From: an uncultured Pelagibacteraceae bacterium
Lineage (GTDB): Bacteria; Pseudomonadota; Alphaproteobacteria; Pelagibacterales; Pelagibacteraceae
Assembly (NCBI GenBank): GCA_902579285.1
Contig: CACHGA010000002.1
Location: 7,906-71,905, forward strand
Direction: 5' to 3'
DNA length: 64,000 bases
Made by a program: the position numbers and the translations under genes
Notes under the pieces: model-generated
Databases searched by the model: none
Seen by the model: only the letters and a program-made list of their open reading frames with translations
What the model was told of the DNA's origin: nothing
Part shown: piece by piece, positions 9,467-19,622 of the stretch
Layout of the letters: every line of letters begins with the position of its first letter
Numbering within the stretch: position 1 is the first letter of the stretch

Positions 9467-10637
9467 AATTTCTCGATATTAATTGCAATGTTTTTTTTCT
9501 GGCCCATTTATCGATTTTGTAAATTTCATAAATACCAGGTGTCTTTTTTACAGCATATTTGCCAAAATCTCTATCCTTAAAAACTCTGTTTAATGTATTA
9601 AAGATTCCGTTATAGGGTATTTTATTTTTAATAAAACTATCGACCAAAACTTCATTGCTGGCATTGAGTATTATAGGTGCTGATTTTGATAAAAATTTAT
9701 TATTGATAAATGTAACAATTGGAAATCTTTTTTTATCAACTTTCATAAATTCAATATTTTTTAATTTATCTAAAAAATTGTTATTTTTTTTAATTATATT
9801 TTTTATATCAACTTGATTATCATAAATCGCATTTGATATTGGAATTCTCATATCGGTATCATGATATAAAAATTTACTTTGGCCATTCTTAAATAATACT
9901 ATTGCATGTATTAATGATTGTGGATGAATTATAATTTCATATTTTTTTGGATCAAATAAAAATATTTTATAGGCTTCGATTAATTCTAAAATTTTGTTCA
10001 TCAAATTTGAAGAATCTATAGAAATTTTTTTACCCATGCTCCAGTTAGGATGTTTATAAGCATCCTTTGGTTTAATTTTATTAAAAGAGTGAAAAGGTCT
10101 TTTTAAGAAAGGGCCTCCAGAAGCTGTGATGTATATTTTTTTAATATCTGCATTTTTATAACCATTGGTAAGCTGTTTTATTGAAAAATGCTCTGAGTCG
10201 ATTGGAACAACTTCTGTTTTATTTTTTTTTATTATTTTTGAAATAATATGCCATCCACATATTATACTTTCTTTATTAGCAAGAAGTATTTTTTTTGACT
10301 GCTTGGTAAATTGAATAGTTGGTTCAAGTCCTGCTATACCCACGATAGCTGCAATAGTTATATCAAATTTTATTTTTGAAGGTAACTCTGTAAATTTTCT
10401 TAATATTTTTACTTTTTTATTTCTAAATTTTTTTACTATTTTTTCATAAACAATTAAATTAGTAACTACAAAATATTTTGGTCTGTATGTTTTAATTTGA
10501 TTTTTTATTTCTTTAAAATTTGAATTGGCTGATAATAGTATAATATTAAATTTATTCTTATTTAAATTAATTACATCAAGAGAGCTTTTTCCTATACTTC
10601 CTGTTGAACCTAAAATTGCAATTTTTTTTTTAATCAT
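9450..10637 (-). CDS. dxr: 1-deoxy-D-xylulose-5-phosphate reductoisomerase
   Basis: LGSTGSIG, LANKES, PIDSEH, TASGGPF and HPNWSMG motifs. Confidence 0.97.
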   Translation of the reverse strand: MIKKKIAILGSTGSIGKSSLDVINLNKNKFNIILLSANSNFKEIKNQIKTYRPKYFVVTNLIVYEKIVKKFRNKKVKILRKFTELPSKIKFDITIAAIVGIAGLEPTIQFTKQSKKILLANKESIICGWHIISKIIKKNKTEVVPIDSEHFSIKQLTNGYKNADIKKIYITASGGPFLKRPFHSFNKIKPKDAYKHPNWSMGKKISIDSSNLMNKILELIEAYKIFLFDPKKYEIIIHPQSLIHAIVLFKNGQSKFLYHDTDMRIPISNAIYDNQVDIKNIIKKNNNFLDKLKNIEFMKVDKKRFPIVTFINNKFLSKSAPIILNASNEVLVDSFIKNKIPYNGIFNTLNRVFKDRDFGKYAVKKTPGIYEIYKIDKWARKKTLQLISRNYEKFI

Positions 10638-11290
10638 GGAAAAACTTTTAATGTGTATAAAATGTAAGCTAAGATAACTACAAACATAAGCCCATCAATT
10701 CTATCAAAAATTCCACCATGTCCTGGTAAAATTTTTCCTGTATCCTTTAACTTTTCTAATCTTTTAAAATAAGAGATAAATAAATCGCCTAGTTGAGCAG
10801 CTAATGAAAACAACAAAGCTAATATAAAATATTTAGGCTTAAGAAAAAAATTATTTTCTATACCGGACATCAAGCTTATAACAAAGCTTATAAAAAATAC
10901 TGATAAAACAGCAAATATAAAAGAACCGATTATTCCAGAAATAGTTTTATTAGGACTTATTTTTGAGATTTTTTTTCCTTTGAAAGTTTTTCCAAAAATA
11001 TAACCACCAACATCTGAAAATATTGTTAAAATAATAATCCATAGTAACAAAAAAAATGAGGATGCTGTATCGTTCCTTAAGTGTAAAAGTGCAAGTAAAG
11101 CCATTACAAGTATCACGTCTATAATTATAATTGAAAGTTTTCTTTTAAAAGCTGAAAAAGCTTCAAAATTACCTAAAATCAAAATCGCATAAAGAAAAGA
11201 AACAATATAATTACCACCTTTTAATATAAAAAAAATAGAAATTGGTAAAATTATAATTGATGTAAGTATTCTTTTTTGTAGATTATTCAT
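10634..11290 (-). CDS. cdsA: phosphatidate cytidylyltransferase
   Basis: ISPNKT, GDLFIS..KR and KD.G.ILPGHGGIFDRID motifs. Confidence 0.95.
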   Translation of the reverse strand: MNNLQKRILTSIIILPISIFFILKGGNYIVSFLYAILILGNFEAFSAFKRKLSIIIIDVILVMALLALLHLRNDTASSFFLLLWIIILTIFSDVGGYIFGKTFKGKKISKISPNKTISGIIGSFIFAVLSVFFISFVISLMSGIENNFFLKPKYFILALLFSLAAQLGDLFISYFKRLEKLKDTGKILPGHGGIFDRIDGLMFVVILAYILYTLKVFP

Positions 11291-11964
11291 ATATTTCCGT
11301 AGTTTCTTTTAACTTTTTTAAAATTATTAATTATTTTATTGTAATCATTTATTTTGAAGTCAGGCCAAAGTTTGTTCACAAAATATAATTCTGTGTAAGC
11401 CATTTGCCAAAGTAAAAAATTACTTAGTCTTTTCTTTCCACCAGTACGAATAAGTATATCAGGATTAACTATGTTTTTAGTATACAAATTTTTTTCAAAA
11501 TTCTTCATATTTATTGGTATTTTATTTTTATAAATTTTTTTAGTTGTTTCAATAATTTCATTTTGTGATCCATAATTAATTGCTAAATTAACGAGAATTT
11601 TGTTACATTTTTTTGTTTTCTTCATAGAATCAATTAAACAAATCTTAACATTTTTGGGTAAAGGTTTAATATTACCTATAATATTTATTTTAATACTATT
11701 TTTAACTAAGTTATTAATTTCTTTTGTAAAATAATATTTGATTAAGTTAAAAAGAAAAACTATTTCTTTTTTGGGTCTTTTCCAATTCTCACTTGAAAAT
11801 GTATAAAATGTTAATATTGGTATTTTTAATTTAATAGATGCTTGAACTATCTTTTCTATAACTTTTACTCCGTTTTGATGTCCAATGTTTCTGTTTTTAG
11901 CTTTTTGTTTGCCCCATCTACCATTTCCATCCATAATAATGGCTATATGGTTAACTTTGTTCAT
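11287..11964 (-). CDS. uppS: undecaprenyl diphosphate synthase
   Basis: HIAIIMDGNGRW, FSSENWKR and RLSNFLLWQ motifs. Confidence 0.97.
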   Translation of the reverse strand: MNKVNHIAIIMDGNGRWGKQKAKNRNIGHQNGVKVIEKIVQASIKLKIPILTFYTFSSENWKRPKKEIVFLFNLIKYYFTKEINNLVKNSIKINIIGNIKPLPKNVKICLIDSMKKTKKCNKILVNLAINYGSQNEIIETTKKIYKNKIPINMKNFEKNLYTKNIVNPDILIRTGGKKRLSNFLLWQMAYTELYFVNKLWPDFKINDYNKIINNFKKVKRNYGNI

Positions 11965-12518
11965 AAAGTTAAAATTTCTTTTTCTTTCTCAATTAAAATT
12001 TTTTCAATGAGAGAGATATTCTCATCAGTGCTTTTTTGAACATCATTTTCGAAATTTTTACTATCATCCTCACCAATTTTTTTATCTTTAAGAAGATTTT
12101 TTATATTATCATTCGACTCTCTTCTTATATTTCTTATAGAAATTTTTGCTTTTTCACCTAGGTTTTTTAATACTTTCGTTAATTCTTTTCTTCTTTCTTC
12201 AGTTAACTGTGGAATACGAATCCTTAATATTTGACCATCAACCTGTGGGTTAATGCCAAGATTTGACTTTTTGATTTCAGTATCCACTAAATTAACATTG
12301 TTTTTATCCCAGACTTGAATTGATATTGTTCTTGGCTCTGGAATGGTTACTGTCGCAAGTTGGTTGATTGGCATTTTTTGACCATATACATCAACTCTGA
12401 TTAAATCTAACATTGATGGATTTGCCCTTCCCGTCCTCAATGTTCCAATATCTTTTTTGTATGAAGCAATTGTTTTTGCCATTTTTATAGATATTTCTTT
12501 TTTATCAAAAGTTTCCAT
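11961..12518 (-). CDS. frr: ribosome recycling factor
   Basis: LRTGRANP, LTEERRKEL and IRNIRR motifs. Confidence 0.97.
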   Translation of the reverse strand: METFDKKEISIKMAKTIASYKKDIGTLRTGRANPSMLDLIRVDVYGQKMPINQLATVTIPEPRTISIQVWDKNNVNLVDTEIKKSNLGINPQVDGQILRIRIPQLTEERRKELTKVLKNLGEKAKISIRNIRRESNDNIKNLLKDKKIGEDDSKNFENDVQKSTDENISLIEKILIEKEKEILTL

Positions 12519-12521
12519 AAA

Positions 12522-13385
12522 TTAAATTCCTTCTCCAACCTTAAATCTTATAAAATCAGCAACTTTAATTTCACCATTTTTTGAAAACTGTTTTAAAAAT
12601 TGTTTGACAGTAATTTTTGTATCCATAATCCAGCTTTGATCTAACAATGTATTTTCTGAAATAAACTTTTTTATTTTTCCAGAAGCAATTTTATCAATCA
12701 TATCATCTTTTTTGCCACTATTTTTCAATTCCTCTTTAATTATTTCAAGCTCTTTATCTAATATATTTTTATTTATTCCATCTTGATTAATTGCAATTGG
12801 CGACTGGGCAGCAATATGCATGGCGAGTTTAGTACCAACATTATCAATATCTTGTTTGTTTTGACCTGTTAACTTTACAATGGATATGACTTTGCCAATA
12901 TTTTTCTCTGTTGAATTATGCACGTAAAAAAAATTTTTTCCCTCTTTATTAAAAAATTTACTTCTTCTTATTGTAATTTTTTCGCCTATTTTTGATATTA
13001 ATGTAATAAGATTTTCCTCAACAGTTTTATCATTTTTCATTTTACTTTTACTTAACTTATCTAAATCTCCTTGATTTATAAAATTAATTTCTGCAACATC
13101 TTTGCAAAAAGAAACAAAATCTTTATTTTTTGCCACGAAATCAGTTTCACTATTTATTTCTATTGCTGAAATGTTGCCGTCTTTTTCATTTACTAAAATA
13201 AGTCCGTCTGCTGCTACACGACTCATTTTTTTTGATGCTTTAGCAATACCTTTTTTTCTCAAATATTCTATCGATTTTTCTAAATCACCATTGGTTTCTG
13301 TAATAGCTGCTTTGCAGTCAGAAAATCCAACGCCAGTGATTTCTCTTAGTTTTTTGATATTATCTAGAATTTTTTTATCCGCCAT
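12522..13385 (-). CDS. tsf: elongation factor Ts
   Basis: KKLREITG, EINSETDFVA and MHIAA motifs. Confidence 0.97.
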   Translation of the reverse strand: MADKKILDNIKKLREITGVGFSDCKAAITETNGDLEKSIEYLRKKGIAKASKKMSRVAADGLILVNEKDGNISAIEINSETDFVAKNKDFVSFCKDVAEINFINQGDLDKLSKSKMKNDKTVEENLITLISKIGEKITIRRSKFFNKEGKNFFYVHNSTEKNIGKVISIVKLTGQNKQDIDNVGTKLAMHIAAQSPIAINQDGINKNILDKELEIIKEELKNSGKKDDMIDKIASGKIKKFISENTLLDQSWIMDTKITVKQFLKQFSKNGEIKVADFIRFKVGEGI

Positions 13386-13395
13386 CGCTTGAACT

Positions 13396-14190
13396 TTATT
13401 TGCTTTGAGTATCTTTTGGAGAGTTATTAGTTTTTGTTGATTGATTTTTATTATCTATATTGTCACTTTTCTTCTTTAGATCATTAGAATTTTGATTTAA
13501 TGCAATATTTTTCTTTGCATCAATAATTGTACTTTTTAAAAGCTCACAATAAAGATCTATAGATCTTCGTGCATCATCGTTGCCGGGTATTGGAAAATTT
13601 ATTCCTGTTGGGTCAGAGTTGGAGTCTAGTATAGCTACTATTGGTATTTTTAATTTTATTGCCTCCTTAATCGCTAAAGACTCTACATTAGTGTCTATAA
13701 CAAAAATCATTTCAGGAACTCTATTCATATTAGAAATACCACCTAATGATCTATTTAATTTATCCTTTTCTTTTTCAAGTTTTAATACTTCTTTTTTTGT
13801 AAAACCTATATCTTCCTTTGATAAATCTGTTTCTAATTTTTTTAACCTTTTTATTGAATTCTGAATTGTCTGCCAGTTTGTAAGCATGCCGCCCAACCAT
13901 CTATAATTTACGTAATATTGATCTGTATCTTTTGCTAACTTTAGAACTGTTTCAGCGGCTTGTTTTTTTGTTGAAACAATAAGGATTTTTCCTCCAGAAG
14001 AAATACATTTATGTACTTCTTTCATCGCGTTTTTAATTAAGACTACAGTTTGAGTAAGATCAATAATATGTATGGAGTTTTTTTCACCATATATAAACTG
14101 CTTCATCCTAGGATTCCATCTTAAAGTCTTGTGACCTAAATGAACGCCTGCTTCTAATAATTGTTTTATTGATACGTTAGGTATATTCAT
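13396..14190 (-). CDS. rpsB: 30S ribosomal protein S2
   Basis: LLEAGVHLGH, RWLGGMLTN and PGNDDA motifs; start moved to the ATG at 14190, downstream of the structured leader. Confidence 0.97.
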   Translation of the reverse strand: MNIPNVSIKQLLEAGVHLGHKTLRWNPRMKQFIYGEKNSIHIIDLTQTVVLIKNAMKEVHKCISSGGKILIVSTKKQAAETVLKLAKDTDQYYVNYRWLGGMLTNWQTIQNSIKRLKKLETDLSKEDIGFTKKEVLKLEKEKDKLNRSLGGISNMNRVPEMIFVIDTNVESLAIKEAIKLKIPIVAILDSNSDPTGINFPIPGNDDARRSIDLYCELLKSTIIDAKKNIALNQNSNDLKKKSDNIDNKNQSTKTNNSPKDTQSK

Positions 14191-14197
14191 AATTTTT

Positions 14198-14261
14198 TCC
14201 GGTTTAACCACCACAGCTTTCCTTTCGGACCGGTGGGCAATTGCCCTATGCTGTGTGCGAA
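14198..14261 (-). promoter_or_regulatory. rpsB leader RNA (t44/S2-autoregulatory type)
   Basis: Minus strand: CACAGC/GCUGUG outer stem, GGGC-AAUU-GCCC hairpin, UCC-GAAA-GGA tetraloop hairpin, and an internal CCGG able to pseudoknot with the downstream UAAA-CCGG; a GC-rich island in AT-rich DNA. Confidence 0.85.
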
Positions 14262-14270
14262 ATCAAATAT

Positions 14271-14299
14271 TATTTATATTTAATCTATTGAAAAATCAA
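14271..14299 (-). promoter_or_regulatory. putative sigma70 promoter of rpsB-tsf
   Basis: TTGATT-N17-TAAATA just upstream of the leader RNA. Confidence 0.45.
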
Positions 14300-14303
14300 G
14301 TTA

Positions 14304-17300
14304 TTAAAAACTAATTTTTTTAATATATTCTTTATTTTTGAGAGAACTAAGAGTGTTCAAATTAAATTTTCTTCGGTTTTTTAGCGAAAAGATGTAAATT
14401 TTTGAATTTCTATTAACCTTAATCTGGATTTTTGTTTCACCTTCTATGTTTAATAGATTTTGAAGTTCATCCATATTTGTTTTTCCATTAACTTCAATTG
14501 TAACATTTTTATATGACGTATTAACAAAATCGTTCAAAGGGACTATATTTTTGATATTTATTCGTCTTGTGCTTAAATTATCTTTAGAACTATCTTTTTG
14601 AAGTGTAATTAGAAATGAATTTGCAGCTTTCAATTTGTCTCTATTTGATATTAATAATTCCGAAAATAAGAATAACTCGAATTCACTTTTCAGGTCAGTG
14701 AATTTTATTATTGCAAATGGAGTGCCTTTTGCGCTCTTTTTTTCTTGAATTGCCATTATCGTTCCGGCTACATATGCATTACTTTCATTATCATCAATAA
14801 AACTTGAATATGACTTTATTTTTAAAGTTTCAAAATAATCCTTATAAATATTTAGTGGGTGATCAGACATATAAAATCCAATTGACTGAAATTCGTTTAA
14901 TAAAAGATCTTTTTTTGATAATTTTTCGTTAGTCTCTAATTTTAATATTGTTTGATCTTTTTCAGATTTGCTTGAAAATAAACTAGACTGATTACTCATT
15001 TTTTCATCCCATAGAATTTTATTAACCTGAATTATTTTAGGTATAGCCTTAAGTAAAGATCCTCTATCTTGATTAAAAACATCAAAGGCACCAGCCTTAG
15101 TAAGTCCTTCAAGTTGTAACTTATTTATATCTTTAGGATTTACTCTGTGAATGAAGTTGTTAAGTGATTTATATTCTCCGTTTTTTTTTCTCTCATTAAT
15201 AATATTTGTTACGGCTTCTTTCCCAACACTTTTTATTGCAGACAAGGCATAATAAATTTTATTTTTTTCTGATTTAAAATCAGCAAATGATTTATTTATA
15301 CATGGTCTGACAATATTGATTTTCAGTCTTTTGAGTTCTTCCACAAACTCTCTTAACTTATCAGTATTTGATAATTCGGTAGACATTGTTGCCGCTATAA
15401 AATCTTCAGGATAGTATCTTTTTAAGAAGGCTGTCTGATAAGCAATTAATGCATAAGCTGCTGCGTGACTTTTGTTAAAACCATATTCAGCAAAAGGTTT
15501 TATTTTTTGAAATATAAAAACAGCTATATCTTTTCCAATTCCATTTTTTGTAGCACCTTTTATGAACTTCTCTTCTTGTTTTTCTAATTCTTTTCTTTTT
15601 TTCTTTCCCATGGCTTTACGTAAAATGTCTGCTTCACCGGGGGAAAAATTTGCTAACGTTTGGGCGATTTGCATTACCTGTTCTTGATAAATAATAATAC
15701 CATAAGTTGGCTTTAAAATTTTTTCCAAGCTTTCGTGAATATAATCAGGTTTTTTTAAACCATTTTTACAATCATTGTATATTGGAATATTATTCATTGG
15801 TCCTGGTCTGTATAAAGCAACCAATGCAATTATATCTTCGAACTTATTAGGTTTCATTTGCTTTAGAGCAGACCTTACACCTGAGCTTTCAAGTTGAAAT
15901 AGGCCTGTAGTTTCGCCTGTAGACAACATTTCATAAACATTTTTATCATTTAATTGAATTTTACTTAAATCTAAATCTATTTTTTTATTTTTTAAAATTT
16001 TTATTGTTTTGCTAATTAATGTTAGTGTGTTTAACCCAAGTATATCAAACTTCACTAAACCAGCATTTTCTGATGAATGCATATCAAATTGTGTTGATGG
16101 CAAAAGTAATTCAGAGCTTTTATCTTTATAAAGAGGAACTTCCTCTGATAATTTTTCGCCAGCTATAACTACACCTGCAGCATGTGTTGCAAGATTTCTG
16201 TTAAGACCTTCTAATTTTAATGAAAGTTCAATTAGTTTTTTTACTTTTGGGTTTTTTTCCTCTTCTTTAAATCTTGGTTCTCTATCAATAGATTCTTGTA
16301 AACTTAATGGTCTTGATGGATCAAATGGTATCATTTTACAAATTTTATCAACATGTCCATAAGGTAGACCAATAACTCGTCCGATATCCCTTAATGCCAT
16401 TCTGGCTTTTAATTTACCAAAAGTAATAATGTGAGCTACACCATTTTTATATTTAGATTTTAAATATTTAAAAACCAAATCTCTTTTTTCCTCACAAAAA
16501 TCTATATCAAAATCAGGCATTGAAATCCTATCGGGGTTCAAAAATCTTTCAAAAATTAAACCAAACTCTATAGGATCTAAATCTGTTATATCTAAACAAT
16601 AAGCAACAAGCGAACCAGCACCAGAACCTCTACCTGGACCAACAGGAATATCATTTTGTTTAGCCCACTTAATATAATCTGAGACTATTAAAAAATATCC
16701 TGAATAATTCATTTTATGAATTATACTTAACTCATGTGCTAATCTATCAGAATAAATTTTTTTAATTTTTTCAATTCTAGATTTATCCGCATTTTTAAAA
16801 ACAAAGTTTTCCAGTCTATTTTTTAATCCCTCGTTAGATTGAAATGTAAGTTCATCATTTTCATTACGATGGTTGGATATTTGAATAGAAGGAAGAATTG
16901 GTTTCGATTTTTTAACTTTAAAACTAAATCTGAAAGGGAAATTATAATTATTTTCTAATGCCTCAGGAATATCGGAGTATAAATTTTTTATTTCGTCGTT
17001 TGATTTTATATAATGCTGGTCTGAATATCGCTTTCTGTTTTTTTCGTCAACGTAAGTCTTTTCTCCTATACACAATAAAGCATCGTGGGCTTCATACATA
17101 TCTTTATTAATATAAAATACTTCTTGTGATGCTATAATTGGTATAGATACTTTATTAGATAAGCTTAAAAATATATTTTCTAATTTTTTTTCATCTTGAT
17201 CATTATGTCTTTGTATTTCCAAATAGAAAGAGTCTTTAAATTCGCTTTTTAAAATAGATGCAAGATTATTAACATCTTTTATTTTATTTTTTTTTACTAA

Positions 17301-17720
17301 ATTGTTAAATAGAGAGTCAATACCACCGCTTAATATTAATAAATCCTCACAATTATCAAAAAGATCATCTAAAGAACAAGTCGGTAAAAGGTTTTCTTTG
17401 GTCTCCAAAAAACTTTTGGAAGACAATTTGACTAAATTGTTATAACCCTTTTCAGTTTTAGCGAAAATTGGTAATTTACCAATAGTTTCACCGTATTTAA
17501 AGTTAATTTGAGACCCTATAATGGGCTGTGTCCCAACTTTACTTAACGCTTCTGAAAATTCTAAGGCGCCACAAAGGTTAAAGCTGTCACTTAATCCAAG
17601 TGATCTTATTTTATTTTTTTTGCAATAATCTGCTAGGTCATCAATTTTAATCGCACCTTCACAAATGGAGTACTGCGTGTGCACTTTAAAATTTGTGAAT
17701 GTTGACTTCGCATTAGACAT
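14304..17720 (-). CDS. dnaE: DNA polymerase III alpha subunit
   Basis: PHP-domain VHTQYS, GPGRGSGAGS, MPDFDIDF and YGFNKSHA motifs; length leaves no room for an intein. Confidence 0.98.
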   Translation of the reverse strand: MSNAKSTFTNFKVHTQYSICEGAIKIDDLADYCKKNKIRSLGLSDSFNLCGALEFSEALSKVGTQPIIGSQINFKYGETIGKLPIFAKTEKGYNNLVKLSSKSFLETKENLLPTCSLDDLFDNCEDLLILSGGIDSLFNNLVKKNKIKDVNNLASILKSEFKDSFYLEIQRHNDQDEKKLENIFLSLSNKVSIPIIASQEVFYINKDMYEAHDALLCIGEKTYVDEKNRKRYSDQHYIKSNDEIKNLYSDIPEALENNYNFPFRFSFKVKKSKPILPSIQISNHRNENDELTFQSNEGLKNRLENFVFKNADKSRIEKIKKIYSDRLAHELSIIHKMNYSGYFLIVSDYIKWAKQNDIPVGPGRGSGAGSLVAYCLDITDLDPIEFGLIFERFLNPDRISMPDFDIDFCEEKRDLVFKYLKSKYKNGVAHIITFGKLKARMALRDIGRVIGLPYGHVDKICKMIPFDPSRPLSLQESIDREPRFKEEEKNPKVKKLIELSLKLEGLNRNLATHAAGVVIAGEKLSEEVPLYKDKSSELLLPSTQFDMHSSENAGLVKFDILGLNTLTLISKTIKILKNKKIDLDLSKIQLNDKNVYEMLSTGETTGLFQLESSGVRSALKQMKPNKFEDIIALVALYRPGPMNNIPIYNDCKNGLKKPDYIHESLEKILKPTYGIIIYQEQVMQIAQTLANFSPGEADILRKAMGKKKRKELEKQEEKFIKGATKNGIGKDIAVFIFQKIKPFAEYGFNKSHAAAYALIAYQTAFLKRYYPEDFIAATMSTELSNTDKLREFVEELKRLKINIVRPCINKSFADFKSEKNKIYYALSAIKSVGKEAVTNIINERKKNGEYKSLNNFIHRVNPKDINKLQLEGLTKAGAFDVFNQDRGSLLKAIPKIIQVNKILWDEKMSNQSSLFSSKSEKDQTILKLETNEKLSKKDLLLNEFQSIGFYMSDHPLNIYKDYFETLKIKSYSSFIDDNESNAYVAGTIMAIQEKKSAKGTPFAIIKFTDLKSEFELFLFSELLISNRDKLKAANSFLITLQKDSSKDNLSTRRINIKNIVPLNDFVNTSYKNVTIEVNGKTNMDELQNLLNIEGETKIQIKVNRNSKIYIFSLKNRRKFNLNTLSSLKNKEYIKKISF

Positions 17721-18396
17721 TAGCTCTTTTTACAATACCATCGCTTATGGTTAAAGTATAATCAGCTTTTTTTGCTAATTCTCTATTATGAGTTGCAATT
17801 AATATTATTTTATTTTTTTCTCTTAATTTTAAAAAATAAGAAAATATATCATTAGAGTTTTTGTTGTCTAAATTTCCAGTTGGTTCATCAGCAAGAATTA
17901 TTTTTGTTTCAGCGATAAGCGCTCTAGCAATTGCAACTCTTTGTTGTTCGCCACCGGATAAATCTGATGGAAAATGGTTTAATCTATGACCCAAATTTAC
18001 TTTTTTTAAAAATTTTTCAGCTTTTTTGATGGATGTTTTATAGTTCGTTTCACGTATAATTAGTGGAAGAGCAACATTTTCTAGCGCTGTAAAATCGCTA
18101 AGCAAATTATTATTTTGAAAAATTATTGATATATTTTCTCTAACCATTTTATTTTTTTCATCTTCATTTAGCTCTGATATAGATTTGCCTGAAATTATAA
18201 TTTTACCTTTGGATGGAGTATCTAGTAAAGACATTAAATGTAAAAATGTTGATTTTCCAGATCCTGAGGGACCAACTATAGCAACGACCTTCCCTGTTTC
18301 AATTTTTAGATTAACATTCTTCAAAACTGTTATTTTTGAATTACCGTTTTCAAAATGTTTTGATAAATTGTTTATTTGAATAATTTCTCTAATCAT
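17713..18396 (-). CDS. lolD: lipoprotein-releasing ABC transporter ATPase
   Basis: GPSGSGKST, LSGGEQQRVAIARA and ADEPTGNLD motifs; follows lolC/E. Confidence 0.92.
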   Translation of the reverse strand: MIREIIQINNLSKHFENGNSKITVLKNVNLKIETGKVVAIVGPSGSGKSTFLHLMSLLDTPSKGKIIISGKSISELNEDEKNKMVRENISIIFQNNNLLSDFTALENVALPLIIRETNYKTSIKKAEKFLKKVNLGHRLNHFPSDLSGGEQQRVAIARALIAETKIILADEPTGNLDNKNSNDIFSYFLKLREKNKIILIATHNRELAKKADYTLTISDGIVKRANV

Positions 18397-19621
18397 ATTT
18401 CAGTGCTTTTATTGGATCAATTTTTGTTACAGCAAGAGATGGGAGTAAAGAAGCAAACATTGATGTTATCAAGGAGAAAGAGGAAATTATTATAATTGAA
18501 CTTAAACTGACTTCACTTGGCATCTCAGCTAAAAAATAAACATCTTCTGGAAATATTTGTAAATTAAATGTGTTAGATAAAAATACCCTTATGCTCTCTA
18601 TGTTTATTGAAAATAGAGTACCAAGTACAAGTCCTGTAATAGTTGCTGCAAAACCAATTATAAATCCAGTCAGAAAGAAAGACTTTATGATCGATTTTTT
18701 GTCTAATCCTAAAGATTTAAGAATGGCTATTTCTTTTGTTTTATTTTTAATTAAAATTGTAAGTCCTGAAATTATATTAAATGCAGCAACTATGATAATT
18801 AGTGTTAAAATTAAGAACATAACATTCCTTTCAACTTTTAAAGCTGAAAAAAAAGATTTATTTTGATCAGCCCAGGAAATTACATAAAAACTAGAGTCAA
18901 TATTTTGTATTTCATTTTTGTATTTACTTGCATTAATTGGATCTTGTAGAAATATTTCAATGTAAAAATCTTCTAAATTTTTTCCAAAAAATGATAATGA
19001 GTCTCTTAAATTAAAGAAAGAAACACTTCGATCAAATTCATAAAGGCCACTGCTAAAAACTGCTGCAACTTGAAATGATGACTGCTTGGGTATATTTCCT
19101 AGAGGGGTTGATATTGAATTTGATGACATAATATTTATTTTATCACCAACAACTACACCTAATTCAATAGCAAGGTATTTTCCAATTATTACAGTTCCAT
19201 TTTTAAAATTAGTAAGCTCTCCATCTATGATGTTTTCTTTCAAAAAATTGATACTATTAATTTTTTTCGGGTCAATACCTCGAACAAGAGTACCCTTTGC
19301 ATTATCTCTATTTAAAATAACAGCTTCACCATTGAAAGTTTTAATAACATTAGAATTGATATATTTATTTTTAATTTTATTATAATAGTTTTCACTGATA
19401 GGATTTGAGTAGGGTTTTATAGTTATATGAGAATTAAATCCTAATATTTTATTTGTCAGCTCGGTTCTAAAACCATTCATTACAGACATAACAATAATTA
19501 GTACCCCAACCCCAAGTGAGATGCCTAGAAAAGAAAAAATCGAAATAATCTTTAAAAAACCTTCTTTTTTTTTGGGTTTTAAATTTCTTGAGGTAATTAA
19601 TTTTTCAATAAAAGTGAACAA
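18389..19621 (-). CDS. lolE: lipoprotein-releasing ABC transporter permease (single LolC/E type)
   Basis: IVMSVMNGF, AAFNIIS and KEIAILKSLG motifs; TTG start. Confidence 0.9.
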   Translation of the reverse strand: MFTFIEKLITSRNLKPKKKEGFLKIISIFSFLGISLGVGVLIIVMSVMNGFRTELTNKILGFNSHITIKPYSNPISENYYNKIKNKYINSNVIKTFNGEAVILNRDNAKGTLVRGIDPKKINSINFLKENIIDGELTNFKNGTVIIGKYLAIELGVVVGDKINIMSSNSISTPLGNIPKQSSFQVAAVFSSGLYEFDRSVSFFNLRDSLSFFGKNLEDFYIEIFLQDPINASKYKNEIQNIDSSFYVISWADQNKSFFSALKVERNVMFLILTLIIIVAAFNIISGLTILIKNKTKEIAILKSLGLDKKSIIKSFFLTGFIIGFAATITGLVLGTLFSINIESIRVFLSNTFNLQIFPEDVYFLAEMPSEVSLSSIIIISSFSLITSMFASLLPSLAVTKIDPIKALKYD

Positions 19622-19622
19622 T

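Noticed and set aside
14304..17720. Inteins or introns in dnaE, rpoB or rpoC
   Set aside because: Lengths are ordinary and no splicing motifs or insertions are visible
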